NCBI GenBank assembly: GCA_000934665.2
Contig: JYFJ02001995.1
Coordinates: forward strand, 1 to 64,000
Direction: 5' to 3'
From: Catajapyx aquilonaris
Taxonomy: Eukaryota
DNA length: 64,000 nt
Part shown: piece by piece, positions 50,601-64,000 of the stretch
Position numbering within the stretch: the first letter of the stretch is position 1
How the letters are laid out: each line of letters begins with the position of its first letter
Notes under the pieces: model-generated
The model's input: only the letters and a program-made list of their open reading frames with translations
What the model was told of the DNA's origin: nothing
Databases searched by the model: none
Position numbers and translations under genes: made by a program

Positions 50601-53600
50601 TGCCCTTTTCATCGAAAACCACCCTCATATAAAGATATAATCCTTGTTCAGCACCAGCATAAACTCTCTTTTTTTTGCATATGCCCCCCCTAAAAAAATT
50701 GCAACCAACTTGGCCCCACAACACGTCACAATTGAAACAGAGACTGGCATTTGAAGGCTGGTGCACCATGCAGTAACTTCCTAATTACCATAGACACAGC
50801 GGCACATGCCGGCCACTCCAAAGACTGCCTGTTGGCCGTAATTAACTATTCCAGATGTCCACCGACACATGTGTCTGTAATTACGCGTTATGAACAGTCG
50901 GATGCGCCTGGGCCATCATAAAGCAAAAGTGGGCGCGGTCCCCCGAAATAAGAGGGGGGGGGAGGGGTCTAAACTTTGTTTAAAGAGGGAAATAATTATC
51001 CCAGCCAGAGTTTGCCATATAGTTAATGTCCGGACTGCCCATGGTAAATAAGTTGCGCGCGACGTTATTAACGTTGCGGTGCCATCAAAAATATTCATTA
51101 CACTTTTTTCCTCCCCTCCTGTGTCGAAGGGTGCAAGCCCTAAGGGGCCGGAATTTAAACTGCCAAATGATTGGGGTAAATATCCGGAGGTGCGGAAACC
51201 TGGCAGGTCGATTACAGGTGAGCCTCACGGGTTTGGGAGGGGTTTGATCCAGAGAGGGGGAAAAAAATAATAACAATGACAACAAAAAAATTTCATATAT
51301 CATCAAACATTCACATTATACTGTAGGTGTACAAAATTTGGCAATTTTAGGCCCGTGGCATTGTTTTCAGTTCTATATGAATTACCATCAGGAGCATCCG
51401 TATATAAGTGAGACTGCCATTCAAGTTAGCTCTGTAATTCTTCCAAGATAGAACTTTGGGTTGGAGGGGAAGGGGGGGGGGGTATCCGCATTAGGCAGAC
51501 TGCAGATCTGTCTGAATCCCGCCACACTTTTTGACCGATGGCCTCCATCAAGCAAACGCTTCCTCCTCTTGAGCTCCCTTCTCCCTCTTCATTTCTTTTG
51601 AGCTCTTGAGAAGGGAAATTCCTACAAGAGAGAAGGAGGTGGGGATTTCCAACCTCCCCCTCCCCTTTCCTTCGTCTTCTTCTTCTTCTTCAAACCTCCC
51701 CCACCTCCCCAACCGTGTTTTCCAGCCAGCGCTTTCTCCGTCGGCACAAATCTTTCACCGAGAATCATGCAGCACTCTTGATCCCTCATGTCCGGACAAA
51801 CGAGCTGGAGAGAGCCAGAAAAGGAAGAGTCAGCTTTGGAAATACGACTCGTTTTCCACTAAGTTAGATGCTGACCAGGCTCTCCCATAACAACACTTCT
51901 CCTTAATTTTTGTCAACAACTCATTAAAACGGTCGCTTCCAACCAAATTAATGTTGGGGAAAATATCGCCGTAGCAAGTCACAGGGCAAGGTGAGCTTCC
52001 AGCACTGCTGGAATCGAATTTCGTAGACAATATCGGGGGATTGCACCGCGACAATAATCGCCAGAATCGACAATCCCATTAAATTGGAAGCGAGCGACGG
52101 AATTGGTTCGGCACCGCAACTAATCTATTGCGGAGGCGGACAATAAGACTCGCTTTTATAAATATATGACGGTCTGACTTGGCACGATTTGTTGTCATTG
52201 CCCCACCCGAGCAAGGCTATAAAGGAGGAAGCGTTGCTTGCGTCCCATCTCGGATGATAACGCAGGCCTAAATTGATCTGATTATCAGGAGTAATGGGGT
52301 TGTCAGGTGGAAGCAACCGCACTCTAGATATACAAGACGTGACATTCTCCCTTATTGCCGGCAACAGGGGCCGGCTCTAATCCCCCCTTCACAAAAGACT
52401 GTCGTTATGGGGCTCAAAAAACGTCCTTCCCACGTGGATTGATTGCTCAAAATGTTCTTAAGAAAAAGGCGCTTCCTTCGAGACACCTTCCCAACGACGC
52501 AATAGGCCTCTCTGAGCCTAAAGAGGTGAGTTATGGTGCAGAGATGAGTACACTACAATATCGATGCTTCAAATGACTTAAATGTCATTTCTTTCATGCC
52601 ACAAACAATGTTGTCTCCAGAGACACCACAGCATTAATTAAGGGTGAAATGTAGAAATTGGCTTCAAACACACAACTCCAAACACACAAATATGGTGTAG
52701 GTTATGTTTCCAATAATTATGTACAAATCATTTTTTAAATCATTGAATTAACCCATATATGCCTAACGTCCTATATATGTAGTACACTTAGTTGTTAGAA
52801 TATTATTAGTCATTACGATGTTCATTTGCTAATAAAACAAAAACATTTTAAAGACTTAAATTCAGGAACATCTGCATTAATTTTTAAAACAAAATTTGCT
52901 GTCCCCACATTCTGAACAAACTTTGCGGAAAATTTATATATATTAGCCCATACCGTGCTGGGTCCCGGATTAACCAAGAGACGTTTACTACTTTACTGCA
53001 CTTGGCATGTCGACATAAGGCCGGCCTATAAGCCCATAACCGGATGTAATTAACGCGGCTCAAAAATAACCGACGGCAGATAGGCCATAATAAAGCAGAA
53101 AATTTCGGGCCAGGGAAGTAAAGCCGCGCGCTTTGGAAACAAATCATTTCAGATTGTGATCTAGAAACGCTGCGTAATAGAATATGAGTAGTTATGGTGG
53201 GGGGGAGGAGGGTATAGGGGGGGTAGTTAATGCGATGCTTTGCATACAATTCCTGCTGGTGCTGAATCCGGGCCTGGCCAATACGGGGCGGTAAAAAGGA
53301 ATAAGCCGGTAGCCGGACAAAACGTCCAATTAAATCCAAATCTGTATTTCCAAGGCTGGGGAAGGAGATCAGGCTTGATCAGCATCCATCACGGGCAGGG
53401 TCCCCCGGAAACCATCTTAATGGAGCCAACGGGGGAAGATTATAGGGAGCGAATCCTGGCGGACAAAGCCGGCGAGATGAGGCCTGCGATCAGATAGTTA
53501 CTCCCCATTAGTCTTTCGCCTAAGCTCACTTCAGCCGCTGGAAAAGCGCTTTGGCCCGTTATTTGCATAGAAGCCCCGGAGATTTACACGACTGCAGCGA

Positions 53601-53891
53601 CTCTGCCCACATGCACAGCCCCCCACCCCTCTTTTCCTCTTGCAAAATTTACCGCCTTTCTCAGACTGAAGGCCCGGTGCACACACGCCATTATAGTCGG
53701 TCCTGATCACAGGCCATGTAAGGCGAAATGGCCACCAGGATCAAAGGGACCGGTTGGGTCATCCTAAATTATTGGAAATTATTTTGTACGGATGGGCGGT
53801 ACTCTCAATCGACACGATTGGCCCAAGAGACTAATAAGGTCCTGATAAAAAAATTCTTGACGGTCAGGTACAGGAAAATCCAAGGGGTTAA

Positions 53892-54015
53892 CCACTCGAT
53901 TGTAAAGTGTACACTGGAGTACCAAATTCAAGGAGTACCAAGGAGTACCAAGAGTAAGATACCTAAGGAGTACCTGGGAATACCACTGCAGGTGTACACC
54001 TGAGCACCGAAGTGG
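53892..54015. mobile_element. piggyBac-like MITE, 124 bp
   Basis: TTAA on both sides (53888-53891, 54016-54019). Imperfect TIRs CCACTCGATTGTAAAGTGTACAC and GTGTACACCTGAGCACCGAAGTGG. Internal GGAGTACC repeats. Confidence 0.75.
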
Positions 54016-54061
54016 TTAACCCATTGGGAAAATCCCTTTTGTGACGGAAAATACTTTGTTT

Positions 54062-54199
54062 TTCGAATATTTCCGATTAATTCAGAATATATTCGAGCAT
54101 TTCCGATTAATTCCGAACATTTCCGATTAATTCCGAACATTTCCGATTAATTCCGAACATTTCCGATTAATTCCGAATATATCCGGATATTTCCGAATG
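54062..54199. repeat. Minisatellite, 20-bp unit of two 10-bp subunits
   Basis: CATTTCCGATTAATTCCGAA repeated 4 times perfectly with degenerate flanking copies. Confidence 0.93.
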
Positions 54200-56422
54200 C
54201 TTCTGCGAAGTAGTTGAAAACCCGACGTAAGAGGGCTCGACTTTTTTTTCTCTCTTCCTTTCCCTCGTGGTCCATTGCTCTTTACTCCTCAGCCTCACCA
54301 CCATGGAGTGGAATGGCACTTTGAAATCGGGGTTCCGTCCAGCCAAGCCAAGCCAGCCCAGCAGCCTCTCTCCCTCACTCTGGATCCAGTGATAGATTTT
54401 CCGCAGTCCCTTAATTCACTTCCTCCGCACAAGCAATTGAAGGCAAAAAGAAGTCGATATGGCCCAGGGATAGGATCACGCGATTTGTTTTCATGGGGGT
54501 TGGTGCAGCAGTAGCAAGTAACCCTCTTATACTTTTTGGCAGGCCACAAAAACCGATGAAGATGGGGCCTGGGCTCTACCACTTGCATTTGGCTACATCC
54601 GGAGAGGCGGCAGGGCCGGCCACGGCAGCAATAATGCTAGATGGACCCCGGCTTATAATGGAATTCCCAGTTGGAGACTCTTTCGCAAATAGACCCGCCT
54701 CTAAAAGCCTGGTTCGAATCCTATTTCCTCCTCTAGCCACTTGTAAAATCCACTTTCGCCCCCTCCAGCCCTATATGATTTTTGTCCATTTCCTTCCAGC
54801 CACGAAACTGGGGCCATTACGGTAATGCACTTTACAGCTGATCTTAATGTAAAGTGAAACATGGATGGATTCATTGTGGGAAAGAGGACTCGGCCGCAAG
54901 GGGGATGAGGAAAGAGAGAGAGAGAGAGAAAAAAGAAAGAAAAGTTACTTGCTCGGACGGAACAGAAAGAAGAATGGAACAAGATGCAAGTAGGAAAAGA
55001 AGATAAAGAGAGCTGCAGTCCGGAGATGACTCTGGCAGTGACGGCTCAACTGGAAAACACTCTCCCCAAACCGGCTGTCAAATCTTAACGCAACCGCAAA
55101 GTGTATCAAAAGGAGCAATGTATTATTGCTGCAGAACAACTTACATAAACAAAAAAACTATATTATTTTCTAAGGGGAAAAAAGAGAATAAGAACAAAAA
55201 CTCGTCTGCAGGCGTCACAGCTAGCTTAATTAAATCTGGCTGCCGCCAGAGATCTACTTCGTTAATTATTACTTTTGTCTTCTGCAAAGTTTTGCTTTAA
55301 TTCGCAAGATTCTGACAATACTGAGAGCCCTGGAGCATATCCCTGCCACAGTCTTCAATAATAATTAAATGCGTAAAATGAAAATAACAGAGTTTGTCTT
55401 TCTGCGACCGGACTAGTTTCATTGGTCAAACAATGTTGTAAAAATAATTTTTTTGACAAAACAGTGCACTAATCCAACTTTATCCCAAATGGAGACATTG
55501 GCTGGTAGCATTAAATAGTGCATAGAGGCCATAACATGAAGCTATGCAGGTACAGCATGACTCCAAGTGACGCTAAAGGTGCAGGCACGCGAAATGTCTT
55601 CGTCGAGCCGTCATGTCAAATGTCAGAGATTCATTTCACGCTCACCTGTAAAATAATTCTCATACGCGAATATTCCGAATGTGACAAGAGCTCCAAGTGC
55701 AGCTGGCTCCGAAATTCGCAGCATTCCTCTGCTAAAAGCGAGCCCCCCACCAATTTCTACCTTTTCTATGATGAAGCTCTGCACGCTCTCAAATAACGAA
55801 GCAAACATCTGCCAACAGTAAAACTCCCCAGGTGGAGATATTTATTCTTCTTCATGTCCCCCCACCCCCACTCCCTCTCTACCTTCTTGTGGGAGACTAA
55901 AATTCCTGAAAAACTTCGTTACCAGAGCAGTCGGCATGTTGGATGGAATTCGAGTCCTCCTGGGCTTGGAAAACGAACCGCTAAGCTGAGGAATTATACC
56001 CCCTACCATGCGACTTTGCAAAATCTGTTTGGTTGGAATGTGTTTCCGAATCATTTTCACAGTCGCAGGAGGGAGAGAGAGAGAGAAGCTTCTTTGCCCA
56101 GAAGCAAAACTGTTTTGCATTCCTGGATGACCGATTTCCTTCCACCCCCTCCGTCAGCCTAACTACGGTTTATTTGGATATCCGCCCCGTTTTGCACAAT
56201 CGACCGTATTCAGCAGCTTTGGTAAACCAGACCTCAAAACCCGAACATAACATGCACATGCATAATATAAGTCCAATCCTTGAAATAGTAATGGAATTCA
56301 AATTAGGATGTAATGCAGAAGTAATGTTATACAAAAACCAAATGCGTCACCTGCAATTAACTGAATTTAATCCGTGGTAAATTGCATGCGTTATCAGAAA
56401 ATGTGCGACCACTTCTCCTGTA

Positions 56423-56549
56423 TAGTGTTGGACATAAATCGAGGCTAGCGACATTTTCTGAAGCGGCAGAAGAAGGAATCGAAGATAAGCAGCTTCTGCC
56501 GCTTTGGAAAATGTCGCTAGCAGTATGCCTCGATTTATGTCCAACACTG
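56423..56549. mobile_element. hAT-like palindromic MITE, 127 bp
   Basis: TIRs TAGTGTTGGACATAAATCGAGGC / GCCTCGATTTATGTCCAACACTG. Inner arms CTAGCGACATTTTCTGAAGCGGCAGAAG / CTTCTGCCGCTTTGGAAAATGTCGCTAG. 8-bp flanks CTCCTGTA vs CTACAGTA (6/8 identical). Confidence 0.85.
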
Positions 56550-58120
56550 CTACAGTAACGACCTCTCCTCATAAATTTTCTCCTCCTTCAAGTTTGTTTA
56601 CAAGCAAGCATCTGGGCTGGAGAATGTACACTCATCAAAATTAATAACAAACTGCACTTATGTACAGTACACTTCAGAATTTTACGTGGAAAAGCCTTAA
56701 AGTGGTCCGTAAATGCGGGAAATGGAAGCAAGAGCTGATTCAACTTTGAATGAACATGTCCCCCCCCTCCTCTCCCATAGAAAGAACAAACAAAAGTAAT
56801 GAGGCGCAAAAGGCTTGGTTCTCTCCTCCTCTGAAAGCCAAGGGGCCCCGTTGTGTACTCGCCTAAAATATCAAGTCCTCCAAAACCTTGGGACCCTTGT
56901 CAGCCGGTACAGAAAAGGAATTCTTGCACACCCGCACACACCATGCAGGCTCTCGGAGCAAACTCAGCAAATGAATTCTCAAAAAAAGTTGGAAACACAA
57001 CAATGGAACAATAATTCTGCAATATTTTTTTTGTCAAATTTGCATCAAAATTCACATATGTTATTGAAGGAATGTAACTTCACATCAATTTCGGATGCCT
57101 TTGCTTCCAGTTCATTCTAGTCATTTCCATCCTCTCCTTCCCGGCGCCAAATCCTCTTCCCCGCCCGTATACAATACACACAATGTAAAAGGTCCGCAAA
57201 CAATCCCTAATGGCAGGATTCCCGCAAACGGTCCGAATCGCCTCAAGTTGGCAAGGCTCTCTTCTCTCTATCTATATACCTGAAGAGTGCTCCAGGATAT
57301 GGAATGGAGGGTGAGACGTCAAGTAAGAAGCCCCAGCCAAGCCTTGATTAATTTTGTAGTGGTTCAGCCCCCTCCTCGAAGTGATGGGATAGGTCCATTG
57401 CAGCATCTAATGCACAAGCCTCTAAGGAGAGCACACAGAAAATATTCGGGGGTCCAAATTCAAAGCCTCCACACCTGAGAGAAAAAGAATAGCCCAGTCC
57501 CTTTCTCGACCCCCTGTGCTAATGACCACATTTAAATGCATTCACCGAAGGGGTTGACCCAGAGAGATTGGACTTTGGACCTCAACATGACCACAGGGAC
57601 TCTCGGTGTTGTTGTAGTTTCATACAACTTTTAAGCCTGGTCTCCCTCACACTTTCCCCCAGCTCCATACTATCCAATACTCGGTTTCCTAACTAAAAAC
57701 CCACGGGAAAGGGCGGAGAAAAAAGTAAACGGTCAATCGTGCGGTGGATTCCCTTGCGAGGCCCCTATCCGGTGGAAGAAGAAGAAAAAAAGCCATCCAA
57801 GTTACGACAGAAGGGCATTTACACCAAGATTGTATGAATCTCTCGAGGAATTTCTTCTTGGCCTCAACTTGTCGGCTCGTAACCCCCCGGACTTTTCGTT
57901 GCTTATGGGAATAGTGGGCAAAACTGGTGGAAACATATTCCTTTTTAAATAATTGTGGAAATGAGTGTCGTATTCAGTCAGGAAACATTGCACGGGGTCA
58001 TTTGGTGCTGTAAGTTGGGACGAAAATTCCTAGATGGCGTACGCTGCTTCTTCTCTAATTCTACATGGCACGACATGACGGAGGCGACTTACCCACTCCC
58101 ACTCCACTCCACACACCAGC

Positions 58121-58154
58121 TCTGATTGGTGGTGCATCTGCTCCACCAATCAGA
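58121..58154. repeat. Perfect 12-bp inverted repeat with 10-nt spacer
   Basis: TCTGATTGGTGG-TGCATCTGCT-CCACCAATCAGA. Confidence 0.85.
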
Positions 58155-61100
58155 TGGGTGGCTACAGTGCGGTACAAAAGAACTGCTCTTTTGAAACCCT
58201 ATACACCATGTAAACGACAAAGGTTGCCTACTTTTTCTTGAGAAATTAGGATGTGGGTACTGTAATAGGATTGCAGAGTGCACAGGGTGGCCACGCTTGT
58301 CTCAGGGACATTTTGGGCTAACCAACTCTCAGGTTGGTTCTCTGAGGCAAATCCTTCCCTAGCTGTCTCAGGCCACGCACTCGATTTAACCAAATTCTTC
58401 AGTGTTTGCACTTTGAGTGAGCAAATCCTGGACCACCCCCCTCCCTAATTACGTGTAGCTTTCTCTCAAGACACCAGTCCCTTTTATGGAGAGACAGCAC
58501 TCCGAGTTAGCCCAAGGGCATCTTCCAGGCACTTTCCAGCCTAGACATGCATTAGCCAGCATTACATTGTCACAACTGAGGGAGAGAACTTTACAATGCA
58601 AACTTCATTTCGCAAGCTCCCACCTGTACGAGTAGGCTCCTCTTCCCATTTTCCTTTTTTTGCCCTCCAAATGATGTACAGGTTCAAGACTCCCTCAGTG
58701 CACATCAAGACCACCGGATCGTCCTAATCATAAACACACGGGATAGGGGAAGCGCATATAAAGGGACAAAGAGGTGTTTGCATGCGAATACGGAAAATTA
58801 ACCCAGACACTGCTGGCTGGGTATTATAACTTATACCGTACACACTCTCATGAATAACTAGATCGGGAAGCAAGACCACGCCCTGTTATGATTCAGGGCC
58901 AGTGTTTGACAATCATGTGATGGAGTTTACCACCTCGGAGCCCAGGGATTCATTTGCGCCAAAGTTGCGCTTGCCATCAATTATTCGGGTATTCCTCTCG
59001 TTTCCGAGAGGCTCGGCTGGGAAATGACGACCGCTTCTTTAATCCGGTGTACGCTTTCAATTAAGTGCGCGTTCGGTGCAATCAAGTTCCTTCTTAAGTA
59101 CACCTCCTGACTTCTTTGGAAACAAAGTTTGCAGTGCTGATTCTTATGGGAGTCGACGGGCATTAACATTGCACCTCAGGTATTTTGCTAATAATGAACT
59201 CTGCGAGATTCAAGCAGGTGGAGTCGGTTTAACGCACATTTCGAACGGCTTAGCATGTTACTGTCAGGTCCGATTGCACCGGATTCAGAAAACACGATCT
59301 GTCACTTTTCTGATATACCAGATACATCGTGTGAAAAGAAATAATCCCTCAGGACACTTGTACAAAGTAATGTCGGATATTTAGTAAAGTTGTCTTAGTT
59401 CTTCATTTGTTCATCGAATATTTAAAAATTCTACAAAATATTAAAATTCACACTTCAGATCTGCACATCTCCATATTATCACTCAAACAACAGCATTGTT
59501 CTATACATTTCAGATATTAATAAAAAGTTTTAGCTGAACGTGTGCTTTTTTCCAGATTAGTATGTCGGTCAAACCCACCCTAACTCCTTCAAAATATTGC
59601 AAGGCCTCTCTTGTAATTTCAAATGTCAACAAATCCTGACTTTACTTTTATTAGAGTGATCTCAAGCGTTGCGAAAAAAAAAATACTGATCCATGGAGGG
59701 TCGGAAGGCAGACCCCGCGATTTTTTTTTTTTCCCGCCCGTTGTTTATTTTTCCACGGTTTCGCACATTGGCCACAAACCACTACCCCACTTGAATCTGA
59801 CGCGCCATCTATCTCACGCCGGCGAAAAGTTGTGGGCGACGTGGAAGTCATTTCCGTAAAACTTGATCGCGGAAATTCTGGAAAAGGAAAAGGGGAGTGG
59901 AGAAGGAGAGGGGGGGAAGGAGGAGAGAGTAGGGGGTGCTAACCGACCCATTGCTCTGTGATGGATTAAAACCAACCGGGCCAAATTGGATCTGGCATCT
60001 GAAGAAGATTACACAGGCTTCGCCTTTCAAGCCTTTCCCCCCCCCCCCCTCTCTCTCTCTCACTAATGCGCGCCTTTCTCTTCAATTTCATAAATTCCCC
60101 ATAAAATTAATGAAAACGTATCGATAACGTAATTACATATATTTTGACTCTTCACAACTTCTATCCCCCCCCCATCCACCCCACCCTTTCCTTCTCCGCA
60201 CCTATATATACCCCACCTCCTGTAAAATGTTTCCCAGCACATACCATAATAGATAATCAGGAAGAGTAGCTATGGTACCATTAGCGAAATTGTAGGGTGT
60301 CCCCGGAATCAATTTCTAATGCGGCGGCGCTCAGTTCTTTGGAGGAGAAATGCTATTTTACTGATTAGATCCCACGCGGAATGTCACTGCGGACTTTTCA
60401 CCAATCATCATTAATCTGAGAATTTTTCTGGTTGCTTGAAAGCCCCCCCTTTTATACGCTATATACACACATATAGATCTTCAGTGTGTAACAACTTTTT
60501 ACGTTTGTAACTAGCATACAGTCTATGAAAGTTGGCAAAATCAGTACAGTATAAACTATGTATTGCACCATAAATATGAGTATTTACACATGGACAAAAT
60601 ATTCGTAAATCCGACTCTGCAATATATTATCAGTTCAAAAAATTATTACGTGATCAATTTGCACTCCTAGACCAACCAACTTCAATGACAAGCAATATCC
60701 TACACAATCACAATGACACAACATCATATCCACCATAATGTATTTCACGTGTCATCTTTCCACCAAAATCAAAAAAACGACATATGCTGAGTATGCCCTT
60801 GTCAATGTCATTAAGAGCATTGCATTAACATAAAGCTGTTTACCCAAGAGGCATCCCTGCAAATGATGTTTCGCTCCCTTCAAAAGAAAAAAAAAAAAGC
60901 TTGAAATTTTTCAGATTAGCACTAAGCGAGAGAGGGGGCCAGTTAATGAAATCGCAAAAAATTTGCGGAGGCAGCAACACCGTCCAAAAATATCGGATAT
61001 GTGGGGGGAAGAGAGCAAGCGGCTAAACCTGTAAATTAAGTTTACACCGACGTTTAAATTACCAGGGCAAGAGACGAATGAACATCAGGCTGACGTTATC

Positions 61101-64000
61101 AGCGTTATGCTACGCTGGGAACTGTACTGAGACAACAACAATTCGTTTTTAATTGAAAAATGAAATTGCCAGTTTGACGAGCTTTATGGTGTAGAACATC
61201 TGTTCTTATTGCGCCATCGAATTTTACGCCCGCAAAAATGGAAGAACAAGAGAGAAAGAGAGGGGGGGGGGTCAAGGCGGGAGAAACTTTATGTGCGTGT
61301 CTATAGGGCTAGACACTGCTATCCGTACTTTTAGTCTCGGTTCTGATAATGGGACGGACACAAAAAAACGAAAGTTGGAATCAAAGTCAAGCTGCTGCAC
61401 TGCCTCAGTTCAAGAGAGGGACATAAGTTATGAGTTGTTCAACCGATTGCGCATTTATATCACGCAGCAAAGTGTTGGAAATATGTCCGCATTTTTCATG
61501 GTCTCTACATACTATGCGCAGTCTTACACTTTCACCCTTTCAACTACGACCTTGGTCAGTCTACCCTGCATATCGAAACTCCCAAACCCTGCATTGTCGC
61601 CTCACTAATTATGCACTTAATAATTATATAAATTAACTACCTAATTAATGGCGGCTAATTAATATATTGATCTATTATATTAATTATAATTGATCTATTA
61701 AATCTATAGTAAATTAATGTATAACATTTTGTGGCACGTCTGCGGTGCCCTCAATATGAAAGCAGCTCAGTAGTTTCAGTAGACTGGAAAGTATGGCGTT
61801 TGGCACACAAATTGCATATAATTCGTGTATCTCATACAATGTCATATTACAAAGATAACAGTTCACATGTCCACATTCTCCTGAGCCCAAAGCACAGCTT
61901 CCATTTAATGTCTTCCCAGACTCCTTAAGCCGCAATAATCCAAAAAAAAACCCGCAATGCAAAACAAGAAAATATATTACTACGAGAAAACTGTGCCATC
62001 CAGCAATGATATCCCAAGCAAAAGCATCCGGCCTCGTCCAAGAAAGATGAGATTTCTGCGGAGAGGAAACTTTTAGCAATTTCTCCCTTCCCGCCCGGGG
62101 GATGAATATCGTCGGGGGGGCTAAGAGAGGTCATGATGGCAGCAGGAAATGAGGGGCCAGCCTCCTTCACATGGCCCGCCTATTTCTCCCAAGATTATAT
62201 AACAGCTCTTCCAATCATCATTTCAGCTGGAAAACCCCCCCACCATGTTTCTGAGAGAGGCTAATTATTACAAGCCCCCCCCTCCCCCCGAGAAAAGTCT
62301 TCTCCGCAGTAACTACAGGGTGTTCCAGCATCGCACTAACCCATAAAGCAATCGGAGTTTGGCTTAATTATGCTGTATCGCAGCTTAGTGCGACCGCACA
62401 GATGATGTACGATTTTCAGAGCTCTATATCTGTTCAGAATTACGCCTACTAACTCTTAACCGGTTTCGAGTTACAGCTTTAAGCTCGGGCTACAATTAAG
62501 GCCTTCTCTTCCCAGTGATTTATCCCAGCAAGCCGGATGAAATATCGGGCTGGAAAAAAAAAAGAATTATACGAGTGCCAGTGCTTCTGCAAAGTTTATC
62601 CTTATCTGTCAGGCACTTGCAATTTCTTAAGGTTAGATGCGTGTTGGCACTTTTGCGCAATTCAAACCATTTTTTTGTTTTTAAATTATGAAATATACAG
62701 TGTTGGAGGAGAATATAAAAGGATCTAGTTTTGAACCCAAGTGTACTGCCAAGTTAGAGAGAATGGAGCGCAATTAATGCTGAGAGTTGGGGAAAGTTTC
62801 AGATTCTTTCACTGCTATAGTAAGGAAGGAGAGGGGTGGATTAAAGTTTTGCAGAGAGTAACGGGTTTTTCCCCTCTTCCTTTCAAGAAGAAACTAAAAC
62901 AAATTAAGATTAGTATACTTTATTCTAGCGCGGGAGGATGTCAAGACCATACGTCCCCAAAGGCATGCAGCATAACAAGGCAGTTCGGTTACTTTTATTA
63001 TAAACAATTGCACGGGAGAGGGAAAATAAACGGGGAGGAAAATCACTTGTTTTACAGTCATACTGAACTGATAAGCATTCCTTTTCAGCCGAATTGCATT
63101 GTTGGCCTAATTTTGGCACGAGGCGGATAACAGTTAGCAGGGGGAACGCAAATATTAATGTGAACATTTTGGCTGCAGTGTGGCTTAAATGGCTATTCAC
63201 AATGCTTGAATAATCACATCAGCCATCTAATTCTTAAACGGTCTATTCAACTCTTTATTCGCAGGCAGTTTAAATTAAAAGCAGTATTTGCCAGTACATA
63301 CACGAATAGGTTCTGGTTAATTTTGCGTGTAAGTAGCTGTCCAGCTAATCACCTGTTTAAATTCCACCCCTAAAATTCACTTATTTAAATGCCAGCCTGT
63401 ATTGTTCACTAAACAATGGGTTCCTTCCAGGGGGACCTACAAGCATTGTACCATTCGACTGGCATTTTTCAATACTCGTTTTCTGACAGAAAAAAAGTGC
63501 CTTATTCGAGAGAAAAGGCTCAATTGCGTTTAATTTCCAGGACAAACTGCTCACTTGTGAAAAAAAAACTCCCGGCCTAAAACAATGGTGCACCGGCTTG
63601 TTTTACAGGCGCTGGTTGGGGTGGGGGTATATATAGGAGACGAAAAACTTTTTCAAATCCAACCCGGTCCGCAGTGGCCCTTGATAACGTCATTTCAGAC
63701 TAATTTAGTTGGTAGGAACAATGAGCAAACAGTCGGCGCACACAGCTCTCCAAATAAAAGAACTTTCGCCCGAAGGGGGACACGCCTATTGTAAATCACT
63801 TACGGAAATTAACAGTACAGAGCCTGAATGACACGTCGAGTTGAGCTGCACCTTTCAAGAGTAATATCAGTCTCCCCCGAAAAAATTTGACCACTGCCCG
63901 AAGTAATCAACAGTTTTACAATAATGCCCCCTGCCACTATAATGCTCGCTATGAGTACAGCATAAAACACGGAAAGGCACTCTGATAGAAAATTACTAAT

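Noticed and set aside
54062..54199. CRISPR-like or iteron array
   Set aside because: Head-to-tail 20-bp units without spacers in a eukaryotic context; an ordinary minisatellite.
58282..58440. hAT-like element with CAGGGTGGCCA ... TGGACCACCCC ends
   Set aside because: Inverted match is short and imperfect and no 8-bp TSD is visible.

Overview
Eukaryotic (metazoan, probably protostome) genomic DNA. It is almost entirely non-coding and rich in homopolymer C/G and A/T runs. I found no prokaryotic genes, operons or CRISPR arrays, and none of the ORFs in the supplied track is a recognisable protein. The left edge holds the 5' part of an LTR retrotransposon on the minus strand: LTR, tRNA-Lys primer-binding site and an open gag-like ORF missing from the track. 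Scattered small elements include a tRNA-derived SINE with an (AAT)n tail, a Helitron-like element, hAT-, piggyBac- and CACT-type MITEs, and several minisatellites. The most informative signal is a precisely spaced TATA-less Inr+DPE core promoter on the minus strand (TSS ~31353). It is followed by a 99-nt ATG-free first exon with a GTGAGT donor and by several downstream minus-strand candidate exons, which suggests an unannotated long-intron gene or lncRNA in a regulatory landscape. The exon chain is inference only, and I found no supportable novel multi-gene system.
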